Positions 8,680 through 17,375 of a DNA stretch of 32,000 nt are shown here, one piece after another (positions within the stretch are counted from its first letter, which is position 1; each line of letters starts with the position of its first letter). The position numbers and the translations under genes are program-made. A model generated the notes under the pieces. It made no database searches. It saw nothing but the letters and a program-made list of their open reading frames with translations, and was not told the DNA's origin. Source of the stretch: Methanosarcina hadiensis (GTDB taxonomy: Archaea > Halobacteriota > Methanosarcinia > Methanosarcinales > Methanosarcinaceae); assembly GCF_046529725.1 (NCBI RefSeq), contig NZ_CP136241.1, positions 2,048,563-2,080,562 of the forward strand, read 5' to 3'.

Positions 8680-8842
8680 GTGTTAATGCGGGTTAATGTA
8701 TAGCTATTAAGGTACGGCTGTTAAGTATAGCTTGATGTATTGATTGAATAAGTTTTAATTTTCAGTGTAGCAGGCAAACGAGCTGATTATTTTAAGCTGT
8801 TAATGAATGTCGAACAAATGAATATCGAACATGTAAAGCTAA

Positions 8843-8922
8843 GTATATTATCTGGATTTAAAGTGTATCATCCGAATTTAAAGCGTATCATCCTGGTTTA
8901 AAGTATATCATCTGGATTTTCA
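8843..8922. repeat. 20-bp tandem repeat x4 overlapping the 3' end of the DUF429 gene
   Basis: G(T/C)(A/G)TAT(C/T)ATC(Y)(K)(R)(R)TTTAAA-type units at 8843-8862, 8863-8882, 8883-8902 and 8903-8922. The stop codon (8888-8890) and the last ~11 codons lie in units 3-4. Confidence 0.8.
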
Positions 8923-9640
8923 GCCCTCTGCTATCTATTTCCGGTTTACCGGGAACATAAACAAACCCATATTTACTCCCCTGCTTTGCAGTGAGTGCAG
9001 CTGCAAGTGCGTCCAGTATATCGTCTTTTGTAAGTTCTTTTCTTCTATATTTTAAAAGGGAATATTCAACTATTTCATCTGCAAGTTTGCAGGCATTTTT
9101 CAGAACCTCTCTTCTTTCAAGAAACCCTTCGGTTTCCTTTTTTGAGTGTTTCACAGGAAAGCCTGAGAAAGACTGGAAACAAATCTCTGGCCCTACCTCC
9201 CGGACCTTTTCCCTGTAATTTTTGTTTTTTACCAGAAAACTGTCAACATCCCGGATTTTGGGAACTATATTCCATGCCTGCTTTGAAATTCTCTTTCCTG
9301 TAAGCCTTTCATTGATATTGCATGCTTCTTCATAGGTTTCCGCATAAATTGCTTCCCTGCACGGCACAGGAAAAATACTTGACTTTCGCGCTTTCAGGAT
9401 CTTTCGGGCTTCGATGTCTGAAAGCCGCTCTCCCGAACCTCCGTCTTTCAGGCCAATAGGAATATCAATCAGGACCAGTGGATCAGCCTCTCTATATTTA
9501 TTTTCTAGGAAATTGATGAGGCACGAAAACTCGGGAAAGACAGCAACTTCCCATTTGCAGCCATTTTCATCTTCTTCAAGAAATACTGCAAACCAGCCTG
9601 CTCTGCAGCCGTCAACCCCGACAAAAACCTTTTTGCCCAT
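8888..9640 (-). CDS. DUF429 domain protein (predicted RNase-H-fold nuclease-like)
   Basis: MGKKVFVGVDGCRAGWFAV..., LIDIPIGL, and DILDALAAALTA near the C-terminus fit DUF429 as I recall it. The ORF extends to ATG 9715, but ATG 9640 matches the family N-terminus. Confidence 0.75.
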   Translation of the reverse strand: MGKKVFVGVDGCRAGWFAVFLEEDENGCKWEVAVFPEFSCLINFLENKYREADPLVLIDIPIGLKDGGSGERLSDIEARKILKARKSSIFPVPCREAIYAETYEEACNINERLTGKRISKQAWNIVPKIRDVDSFLVKNKNYREKVREVGPEICFQSFSGFPVKHSKKETEGFLERREVLKNACKLADEIVEYSLLKYRRKELTKDDILDALAAALTAKQGSKYGFVYVPGKPEIDSRGLKIQMIYFKPG

Positions 9641-9797
9641 ACCTGTACCTGGGAGTATAAACTTAAAAGAGTTTTTCCCGCACAAATTATAATTGATTAC
9701 GGCTGCGGAAACCATTAATTAATTACAGGATATAAGAATACGATATACGAACCTAAGAAATACGGACCTAAGAAATCGAAAAATTAGGAGGCAGGTT

Positions 9798-10421
9798 ATG
9801 AAGTTCTGGTTGCTCAAATCCGCAGGCACTTTAGAGGACGAAGAGAGAATTCTGGAAGACAGCATTGTTACTATTGGCTGGGCTGAGCTTCCTGATTTGT
9901 CCGCCAAAAACAAAGGTCAGGTAATGAGACTCATAATGGAAAAATACCCGGGCATGCGGGAAGAGCTTTCCGAAACCTGGGCTAAGGAGATCTGCTCTTT
10001 TATTGCAAAAATAGAAAAAGGAGACCTTGTGGCAGTTCCTCTTAAAACCAGGAACGAGGTGCTGATCGGAAAAATTAGTGGGAACTACGAATACAGGTGG
10101 TTAACTAATTTTATCAGTCATATCCGAAAAGTAATGTGGCTTAAAACAATTTCTAAAAGGGAATTTGAAGATGAATATGATGTTGACCTCAGTTCCCCTG
10201 AAACCCTTTACCTGATAAAGGCAGATCTTCAAAAGCTTTCTGCTCTTGCTGGAACGAAAAGCCTGGAAGCCCTCATAGGAGAACTTTCTTTTGCGCTTGA
10301 AGACCTTGACTTAATGAGAGAGAGGATTCTCGAACTTGTATACAGGCTCGCTAGGACTGATGAAATCACTGAAGTCAGAAGAATTGCAGAGGAAATGGAA
10401 CAGATATTGAAAGAAAAGTGA
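9798..10421 (+). CDS. hypothetical protein; N-terminal module resembles the N-terminus of Mrr-type restriction endonucleases, with no nuclease domain present
   Basis: Strong SD AGGAGG 6 nt upstream. Sequence MKFWLLKSAG...VTIGWAELPDLS...GDLVAVPLK...GNYEYR...HIRKVMWLKTISKREF, followed by a ~70-aa helical tail. The family resemblance is from memory only. Confidence 0.6.
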   Translation: MKFWLLKSAGTLEDEERILEDSIVTIGWAELPDLSAKNKGQVMRLIMEKYPGMREELSETWAKEICSFIAKIEKGDLVAVPLKTRNEVLIGKISGNYEYRWLTNFISHIRKVMWLKTISKREFEDEYDVDLSSPETLYLIKADLQKLSALAGTKSLEALIGELSFALEDLDLMRERILELVYRLARTDEITEVRRIAEEMEQILKEK

Positions 10422-10430
10422 AGAAATATA

Positions 10431-10562
10431 GGAAAAAAGAGGAGGGAAATAGAGGAAAAGATAGGGAAAGAAAAAAGGAAGAGAGGGAAAGGAAGGAAAA
10501 AAGGAAGTGAAAAGGAAGAGAGAAGAAAGGAGAAAGAAGGAAAAACAAAAGGAAAAGAAAAG
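10431..10562. repeat. 132-bp polypurine(+)/polypyrimidine(-) tract
   Basis: Only 4 pyrimidines (10450, 10462, 10508, 10546) among 132 + strand bases. Lies between the convergent stops of 9798..10421(+) and pheT(-). The minus strand carries multiple T4-T6 runs directly after pheT. Confidence 0.95.
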
Positions 10563-10585
10563 CTCCTCTCAAATACTTAGTTATT

Positions 10586-12223
10586 TTAAATTTGTTTGCC
10601 TATGAGGTCGTTCAGGTCGAGTTCGAACCCGACGACGGCATACCCTAGTGAAAACTTGCTTATAACCTCAGGATGGAATTCTCCGAAAACTCCAAGCTTT
10701 TTGCCATTGACATAAACATCTGCCCGCCTGCCTTCAAGGAATGCAGGGTCTTTTGACTCTTTTACTTCATAAGAAAGCATCATTTCCCTCATAAAGGCAT
10801 CCACGACCTCGTAAACTTCCGTGAAGTTTGCCTGCGGGTGGATAGAGACTGCTGCAACATGCTGGCCTGTTGTTTCGTTGCTTACAACCTCTCCGAACTC
10901 AAAGATCTTCTGCGGAAGTTCCCTGTGCTGGTTCAAAGAAAGAATTTCAAGAAGGTTAGGAAGCACGGTTGTCCTGAGCATCGTCTGGTCTTCGCTGATC
11001 GGGTGAAGCACATATGTTACGTCATCAGTCTTTTCCCTGCACATGTTTTCAAAGTTTATCTTTTCACTGGTAAGCGTGAAGGGCATAACCTCATAATAAC
11101 CCAGCCCGACCATTATTTCGTTTACCGAAGCCCGCATCAGGGAAATCGGGTGGGACTTGCCCGCAGTATAGGTCTCAGGGATCTTTACTTTGATATTCTC
11201 GTAGCCATAGCCTTTGGCAATGTCTTCTACAAGGTCATAATTGTGCAGGATATCTGCCCTGTAAGCCGGAACTTTTACCTCAATAGTTTCCTTATCAAGG
11301 GCGCATGCTCCAAAGCGCATCCTCTCAAGCTGTTTTACTATCTCTTCAATCGGGAGTTCCATGCCTGCAAGAGATTTTACTTCGCCTGTCGTAAGCAGCC
11401 TTTCTTTCGGCTCAAGGTCAGGCAGGACAAATTCCTCTCCCCCAGGGCGGATTACCCTCACAAACTCAATCTCTCCTCCCCTTTCAGCAAGGGCTGTGAC
11501 CACGATATTCAAAGCGGTATACACTGCTTCTCCAAGCCCTGTAACATCAATGAAAAGGTCGGTTGTCTGTTCAGTCACAGCTGTGAGAGTGCCGTTGATT
11601 ATGGGCGGGAAGGACAGTACATTGTCGTTTGCGTCCAGGATGATCGGATATTTGTCAAAACCGCTGACGAGATGGGCAAATCTTGTGCCTTTGGGGTGCT
11701 TCTCAAGAATTTCCTTCATGCTCATCTTTTCAGTATAGTCAAGAGGCACGAATTTGAATTCGGGGTCAACTGCCATATACCTGAAGGGCGGCTTTATATT
11801 TTTAAGGTCATGGACACCGATAGAAACTTTTTTCCTGTTTCGGCCCAGGCCCCAGTGCAGGTCCTCCTGAAGGTCCATAAGGGACTTGATGGAAGAGGAA
11901 GTGAGCTTTACCCCCCTTACAACCGCACACCCGAGGAACGGCCTGATTTTCAGGATGTCTTCGCTTACGGATATGGACACCTTATAGGGCTTTATCTCAT
12001 ACTCGGGAAGCCCGGTCTCAATGTCCAGAAAGCCCCGCATTGCCCTGGCTGCCCCTTCAACGCTGTAAAGGTCAGGCCTGTCAGGGAAGAACTCGATGTC
12101 AACATATTCGTCTTCAACCCTTTCGATATCGGCACCTATCATAGGCACCCTTTTTATGATGGTTTCCTTATCTGTTCCCGTGAGTTTCTCGAGGTCTTCA
12201 TAATGCAAGGTGATTACTGGCAT
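10586..12223 (-). CDS. pheT: phenylalanine--tRNA ligase beta subunit (archaeal type)
   Basis: 545 aa with N-terminus [16 protein letters not shown] and a B3/4-B5 plus catalytic-like domain layout typical of archaeal PheT. The long antisense ORF 10838..12478 is a shadow ORF. Confidence 0.93.
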   Translation of the reverse strand: MPVITLHYEDLEKLTGTDKETIIKRVPMIGADIERVEDEYVDIEFFPDRPDLYSVEGAARAMRGFLDIETGLPEYEIKPYKVSISVSEDILKIRPFLGCAVVRGVKLTSSSIKSLMDLQEDLHWGLGRNRKKVSIGVHDLKNIKPPFRYMAVDPEFKFVPLDYTEKMSMKEILEKHPKGTRFAHLVSGFDKYPIILDANDNVLSFPPIINGTLTAVTEQTTDLFIDVTGLGEAVYTALNIVVTALAERGGEIEFVRVIRPGGEEFVLPDLEPKERLLTTGEVKSLAGMELPIEEIVKQLERMRFGACALDKETIEVKVPAYRADILHNYDLVEDIAKGYGYENIKVKIPETYTAGKSHPISLMRASVNEIMVGLGYYEVMPFTLTSEKINFENMCREKTDDVTYVLHPISEDQTMLRTTVLPNLLEILSLNQHRELPQKIFEFGEVVSNETTGQHVAAVSIHPQANFTEVYEVVDAFMREMMLSYEVKESKDPAFLEGRRADVYVNGKKLGVFGEFHPEVISKFSLGYAVVGFELDLNDLIGKQI

Positions 12224-12299
12224 GGGGATTTCATCTCATTGTTACTAGCTAACTTAATGCCAAAAATAATCAACTTTAGATTTAATGCTTTTGTTTCAG

Positions 12300-15200
12300 G
12301 ATCTCAATCCACACACCCATATGGGTGCGACTATGTTGTTTTTCTTAATAATTCTTTACTATATACCATTTCAATCCATACACACCTTGGTAGATGCGAC
12401 CATTATCAATGTTTATTCTTGAGTTATAATATTTTATCCACACACCCACAAAGGGTGCGACCGGTAGACATTGAGTAAACGAAAAGAAATCCCCAATTTC
12501 AATCCACACACCCGCGAAGGGTGCGACGCTGTTGCTGCTGCATCAGTCGGGTTAACAAGGTCAATTTCAATCCACACACCCGCGAAGGGTGCGACAGATA
12601 TGCTTCACAAGAATAACCTCCCGGAAAAATTTCAATCCACACACCCGCGAAGGGTGCGACAGGTAGTCTCAATTATCGAGCCCGAATAATTCAATTTCAA
12701 TCCACACACCCGCGAAGGGTGCGACGGAGGACAAAAACGGGCCCCTGTGGCTCATTCAGATTTCAATCCACACACCCGCGAAGGGTGCGACCTGCCAGAC
12801 ATAGACATCCGGCATCGGTTTTATAATTTCAATCCACACACCCGCGAAGGGTGCGACACGAACGATTCAGAGGTCGACATACAGGCATGCAGATTTCAAT
12901 CCACACACCCGCGAAGGGTGCGACTCCCTTACTGTTAGTTGATTCTACTTCTTTTGAGATTTCAATCCACACACCCGCGAAGGGTGCGACGCTGTTCAAT
13001 TGAAACTATTTCATCAGAATCAACATTTCAATCCACACACCCGCGAAGGGTGCGACCGGACTTTTTCTCACCATCTACCAGAGGGCGGATTTCAATCCAC
13101 ACACCCGCGAAGGGTGCGACATCTGCAAGAGGACTTGCTAATACCATTCTACATTTCAATCCACACACCCGCGAAGGGTGCGACATCATAATAATCGATC
13201 GTATATGCACCGTTTACAATTTCAATCCACACACCCGCGAAGGGTGCGACGTACGACTATTTTGATGTTCCTTCAATCATCTATATTTCAATCCACACAC
13301 CCGCGAAGGGTGCGACGTTAAAGCTTATGAAGTATCCGAAAAGACCAAAGGATTTCAATCCACACACCCGCGAAGGGTGCGACGCGCACAAAAAACAGCA
13401 ACCTCAACATTCGTGATTTCAATCCACACACCCGCGAAGGGTGCGACGCCCTATGTGCTGCACTCTCCGCAAGTAGAGAGATTTCAATCCACACACCCGC
13501 GAAGGGTGCGACTCTCTTTGAGTGTCTGTTTTTTGTCTTGAACCGCATATTTCAATCCACACACCCGCGAAGGGTGCGACCTGCTCTCAGTCGTTCTGAA
13601 AAAACATCGACTGAAATTTCAATCCACACACCCGCGAAGGGTGCGACTCTCTTTGAGTGTCTGTTTTTTGTCTTGAACCGCATATTTCAATCCACACACC
13701 CGCGAAGGGTGCGACCTGCTCTCAGTCGTTCTGAAAAAACATCGACTGAAATTTCAATCCACACACCCGCGAAGGGTGCGACTTCATGTAAATCAAAAAC
13801 TAAGCGCCAAGCGCCCATTTCAATCCACACACCCGCGAAGGGTGCGACCCTCAGAAATGAGCCCAACAATTAAAGCCGCTGATTTCAATCCACACACCCG
13901 CGAAGGGTGCGACACCCGACCTGTGCAGGCACATCAGCCTGGAGATTATTTCAATCCACACACCCGCGAAGGGTGCGACGCAGAAATTTCTGATCCTTAT
14001 CACAGAGTTTCAAGATTTCAATCCACACACCCGCGAAGGGTGCGACTTCAAAAACAGCTTTTCCCCATCTTCGCGGTACTATTTCAATCCACACACCCGC
14101 GAAGGGTGCGACTGCTTGCCATTCACGGTGATTGGGCCAACAGGCAGGAAGGAGAATTTCAATCCACACACCCGCGAAGGGTGCGACGCTCAGGAAGAAG
14201 TCAGGATTGGACAGTCCATCGCTATTTCAATCCACACACCCGCGAAGGGTGCGACTAGAATCAGTATCACAATAAGCGACTTTAAAAATTTCAATCCACA
14301 CACCCGCGAAGGGTGCGACCATCTCAAGAAGGTGATCCGATCACACCAGATCTCATTTCAATCCACACACCCGCGAAGGGTGCGACCAGTTGCTTTTTGC
14401 AACAGGACCTCATCACAGTAATTTCAATCCACACACCCGCGAAGGGTGCGACAACGTAGTTGTTTATTTTAACGAAATGCTTAGAATTTCAATCCACACA
14501 CCCGCGAAGGGTGCGACATCACGGTTTTTAACCATAACCGGAGCAACAGATTTCAATCCACACACCCGCGAAGGGTGCGACGAGAGCTTTTGCCTTTCCT
14601 TACTTCATACTTACCGATTTCAATCCACACACCCGCGAAGGGTGCGACCCTCCGAGGGTGCCTGTGTAGGCTGTAAATACAAATTTCAATCCACACACCC
14701 GCGAAGGGTGCGACGCCCTGCAGATACAAGAGCTTGAGCTTAAAATTAAGATTTCAATCCACACACCCGCGAAGGGTGCGACATCTCAAGCTCTTCAGGT
14801 TGTGGGTTTAAGCTGATTTCAATCCACACACCCGCGAAGGGTGCGACTTTTTCCTCGTTTATGATGAAGAATACGTCACTCAATTTCAATCCACACACCC
14901 GCGAAGGGTGCGACTCATCTTGATGATGATTTCAAGACCTTCAAGATTATTTCAATCCACACACCCGCGAAGGGTGCGACGGCCTTGCTCTGAGTTGAGC
15001 GGCATTTTTAGCGGTATTTCAATCCACACACCCGCGAAGGGTGCGACCTCCTGTAATTGTGTTTATTACTCCTGCAAGCGCAATTTCAATCCACACACCC
15101 GCGAAGGGTGCGACGGCATGTCCTCGGTTAAGAGGATCGCATATTTTTATTTCAATCCACACACCCGCGAAGGGTGCGACAAGAGGGTTAACTGATGTGT

Positions 15201-16909
15201 TACGGCCCATATGAAATTTCAATCCACACACCCGCGAAGGGTGCGACGCTCTGCTGCTGCTATTCTTAGATTGTTAATATCATTTCAATCCACACACCCG
15301 CGAAGGGTGCGACTTGATGAAAAATATGACTGAGAAACGGATTTTCCAATTTCAATCCACACACCCGCGAAGGGTGCGACTTGTGGTTTCAGCGAGTCCA
15401 TATTGAGTACCGATTTCAATCCACACACCCGCGAAGGGTGCGACTAACATACTCACCTTCAGAGAATGGTATCCTGAAAATTTCAATCCACACACCCGCG
15501 AAGGGTGCGACCTGCAATAGCAGATTCTAATTTCTTGTTTGAGTTATTTCAATCCACACACCCGCGAAGGGTGCGACTACAGGTAATCCCAACTCTAAAA
15601 AATATAGTATCTGATTTCAATCCACACACCCGCGAAGGGTGCGACTTAAACTATGAGCAAGAGGAAGGAAAGAGAGATATTTCAATCCACACACCCGCGA
15701 AGGGTGCGACTGATTTTTCAGGCAATCCTTTAAACTTTTATATAGATTTCAATCCACACACCCGCGAAGGGTGCGACTTTTGGTTTTATAACGTCTGGTA
15801 GTCTTGTAGATAATTTCAATCCACACACCCGCGAAGGGTGCGACTTTCAAGATACCATGTGAGAACTTCCTTTCTTGTTTATTTCAATCCACACACCCGC
15901 GAAGGGTGCGACATTTTAAGATAAATAAAAGTGAGAATATAATAATTTCAATCCACACACCCGCGAAGGGTGCGACTTTACAGCTTCAATGTCGTAGATG
16001 TCATAATATGATTTCAATCCACACACCCGCGAAGGGTGCGACCGCTGGTGTTTGTCAAGACTGCGCAAATGATACAATTTCAATCCACACACCCGCGAAG
16101 GGTGCGACACATGTTGCCGGGAAAAAGGTAAAAGAAAAAAGAGAATTTCAATCCACACACCCGCGAAGGGTGCGACCTTGCCCTTGATATGAAAGCTCAG
16201 GAGATTACACAATTTCAATCCACACACCCGCGAAGGGTGCGACGATCAGTTTTTTCAAGAAGCTTATAGGGTTTCAGGATTTCAATCCACACACCCGCGA
16301 AGGGTGCGACAAGATATATATCATGTATCACATAGTTGTCGGGGGATTTCAATCCACACACCCGCGAAGGGTGCGACGTTCAATTGTGGGGATTTCGATT
16401 GATGAGCAGAAAATTTCAATCCACACACCCGCGAAGGGTGCGACAGGTTAGAGGTAACATTTTCGAGGGCAAGAAGAATTTCAATCCACACACCCGCGAA
16501 GGGTGCGACATGCAAGTTCATACATTGCATTAGCGGCATCAGTTATTTCAATCCACACACCCGCGAAGGGTGCGACACTTATGTTTGAAAAATCTAGAGT
16601 GGATTGTCTGATTTCAATCCACACACCCGCGAAGGGTGCGACTCCATTTCATCTACAAGCTCCTGAGATATTGCAGATTTCAATCCACACACCCGCGAAG
16701 GGTGCGACCGCGGACACCTTTGCGCTTACAGCCCTTCGTTGAATTTCAATCCACACACCCGCGAAGGGTGCGACGATCCGGTGCAGGTGACGATAGAAGG
16801 TATACAAATAATTTCAATCCACACACCCGCGAAGGGTGCGACTATAGGTGAAAGTCTGGCCCACTAAAGCCACATGTATTTCAATCCACACACCCGCGAA
16901 GGGTGCGAC
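12300..16909 (-). CRISPR. CRISPR array, type I-C repeat family: 67 identical 32-bp repeats + 3 degenerate trailer repeats, 69 spacers (32-36 nt, one of 43 nt)
   Basis: + strand repeat ATTTCAATCCACACACCCGCGAAGGGTGCGAC; first perfect copy 12496-12527, last 16878-16909. Degenerate copies at 12300-12331, 12368-12400 and 12431-12461. Minus-strand polarity rests on three points: the reverse complement reads GTCGCACCCTTCGCGGGTGTGTGGATTGAAAT, decay is at the low-coordinate end, and the AT-rich leader and cas2 are at the high-coordinate end. Confidence 0.98.
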
Positions 16910-17073
16910 GGTAAATTAATTAAGGTTATACCTCCACCATTTTGTATTTTATCTATCTTAAAAAATTTAAACTATTGAAGATAGAGATAAACCTTCGAAA
17001 AATTTAAATACTATGACCAGATTTCTCCTGCGAACCTCCCGGTAAATCGATGTTCACTATGGGTTCGCAGAAA
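16910..17073 (-). promoter_or_regulatory. CRISPR leader (AT-rich, TATA-like motifs) plus a hairpin after cas2
   Basis: 164 bp between the cas2 stop and the first repeat. Two copies of minus-strand TTTAAATTTTT (16961-16971 and 16998-17008). 9-bp perfect stem CTGCGAACC/GGTTCGCAG (17028-17036 / 17062-17070) 4 nt after the cas2 stop. Confidence 0.7.
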
Positions 17074-17361
17074 TTATGCAATTAAGAAACCTTCTGGATC
17101 ATACCCCTTTTTCGCGCCAAAATGCTCCACACGATTTTTCCAGTTTTTACCCAGATAATAAAACCTGAGACTATCTTTATCTTCTTCCATAATATCACAT
17201 AAAGAATGTTTGAGTTCTGCAAACTGAGCAGGGTCCACAAGGCACTCAAATACAGAGTTCTGAACCCTCTGACCATAATTTTCACACTCTTTTGCCACTT
17301 TTCTTAGCCTTGTTTTTCCACCTTCTGATTCTGTATTCACATCATAAGTTACCAGTACCAT
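17074..17361 (-). CDS. cas2: CRISPR-associated endoribonuclease Cas2
   Basis: MVLVTYDVNTESEGGKTRLRKVAKECENYGQRVQNSVFEC...SLRFYYLG is a typical Cas2. The ORF opens at TTG 17379, but ATG 17361 matches the family start. Last gene before the leader. Confidence 0.93.
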   Translation of the reverse strand: MVLVTYDVNTESEGGKTRLRKVAKECENYGQRVQNSVFECLVDPAQFAELKHSLCDIMEEDKDSLRFYYLGKNWKNRVEHFGAKKGYDPEGFLIA

Positions 17362-17375
17362 CACTATAAAACACC

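Noticed and set aside
10375-10580. 65-aa F/L/S-rich ORF on the minus strand (10375..10572), and an in-frame 52-codon K/R/E/G-rich extension after the TGA of 9798..10421 that could suggest stop-codon read-through.
   Set aside because: A polypurine tract contains almost no T on the + strand, so it cannot encode stops there and is open in essentially all + frames. The openness comes from composition, not from coding.
12228-12259. Possible fourth, extremely degenerate repeat (ATTTCATCTC...) at the expected ~70-bp register beyond the last trailer repeat, immediately next to the pheT ATG.
   Set aside because: Only the first 6 nt and scattered positions (about 11 of 32) match the repeat. This is indistinguishable from chance.
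10838-12478. 546-aa ORF on the + strand covering all of pheT in antisense and running into the array trailer.
   Set aside because: It is a shadow ORF opposite a strongly supported conserved gene. The product is low-complexity (F/L/K/C-rich), has no recognisable motif and has no start context.
12471-16851. More than twenty ORFs of 60-160 aa on both strands across the CRISPR array, with recurring peptides FNPHTREGCD, FQSTHPRRVR, ISIHTPAKGAT, VAPFAGVWIEI and SHPSRVCGLK.
   Set aside because: These peptides are translations of the 32-bp repeat, which lacks stop codons in five of six frames. ORFs simply chain through repeats until a spacer supplies a stop. They are not genes.
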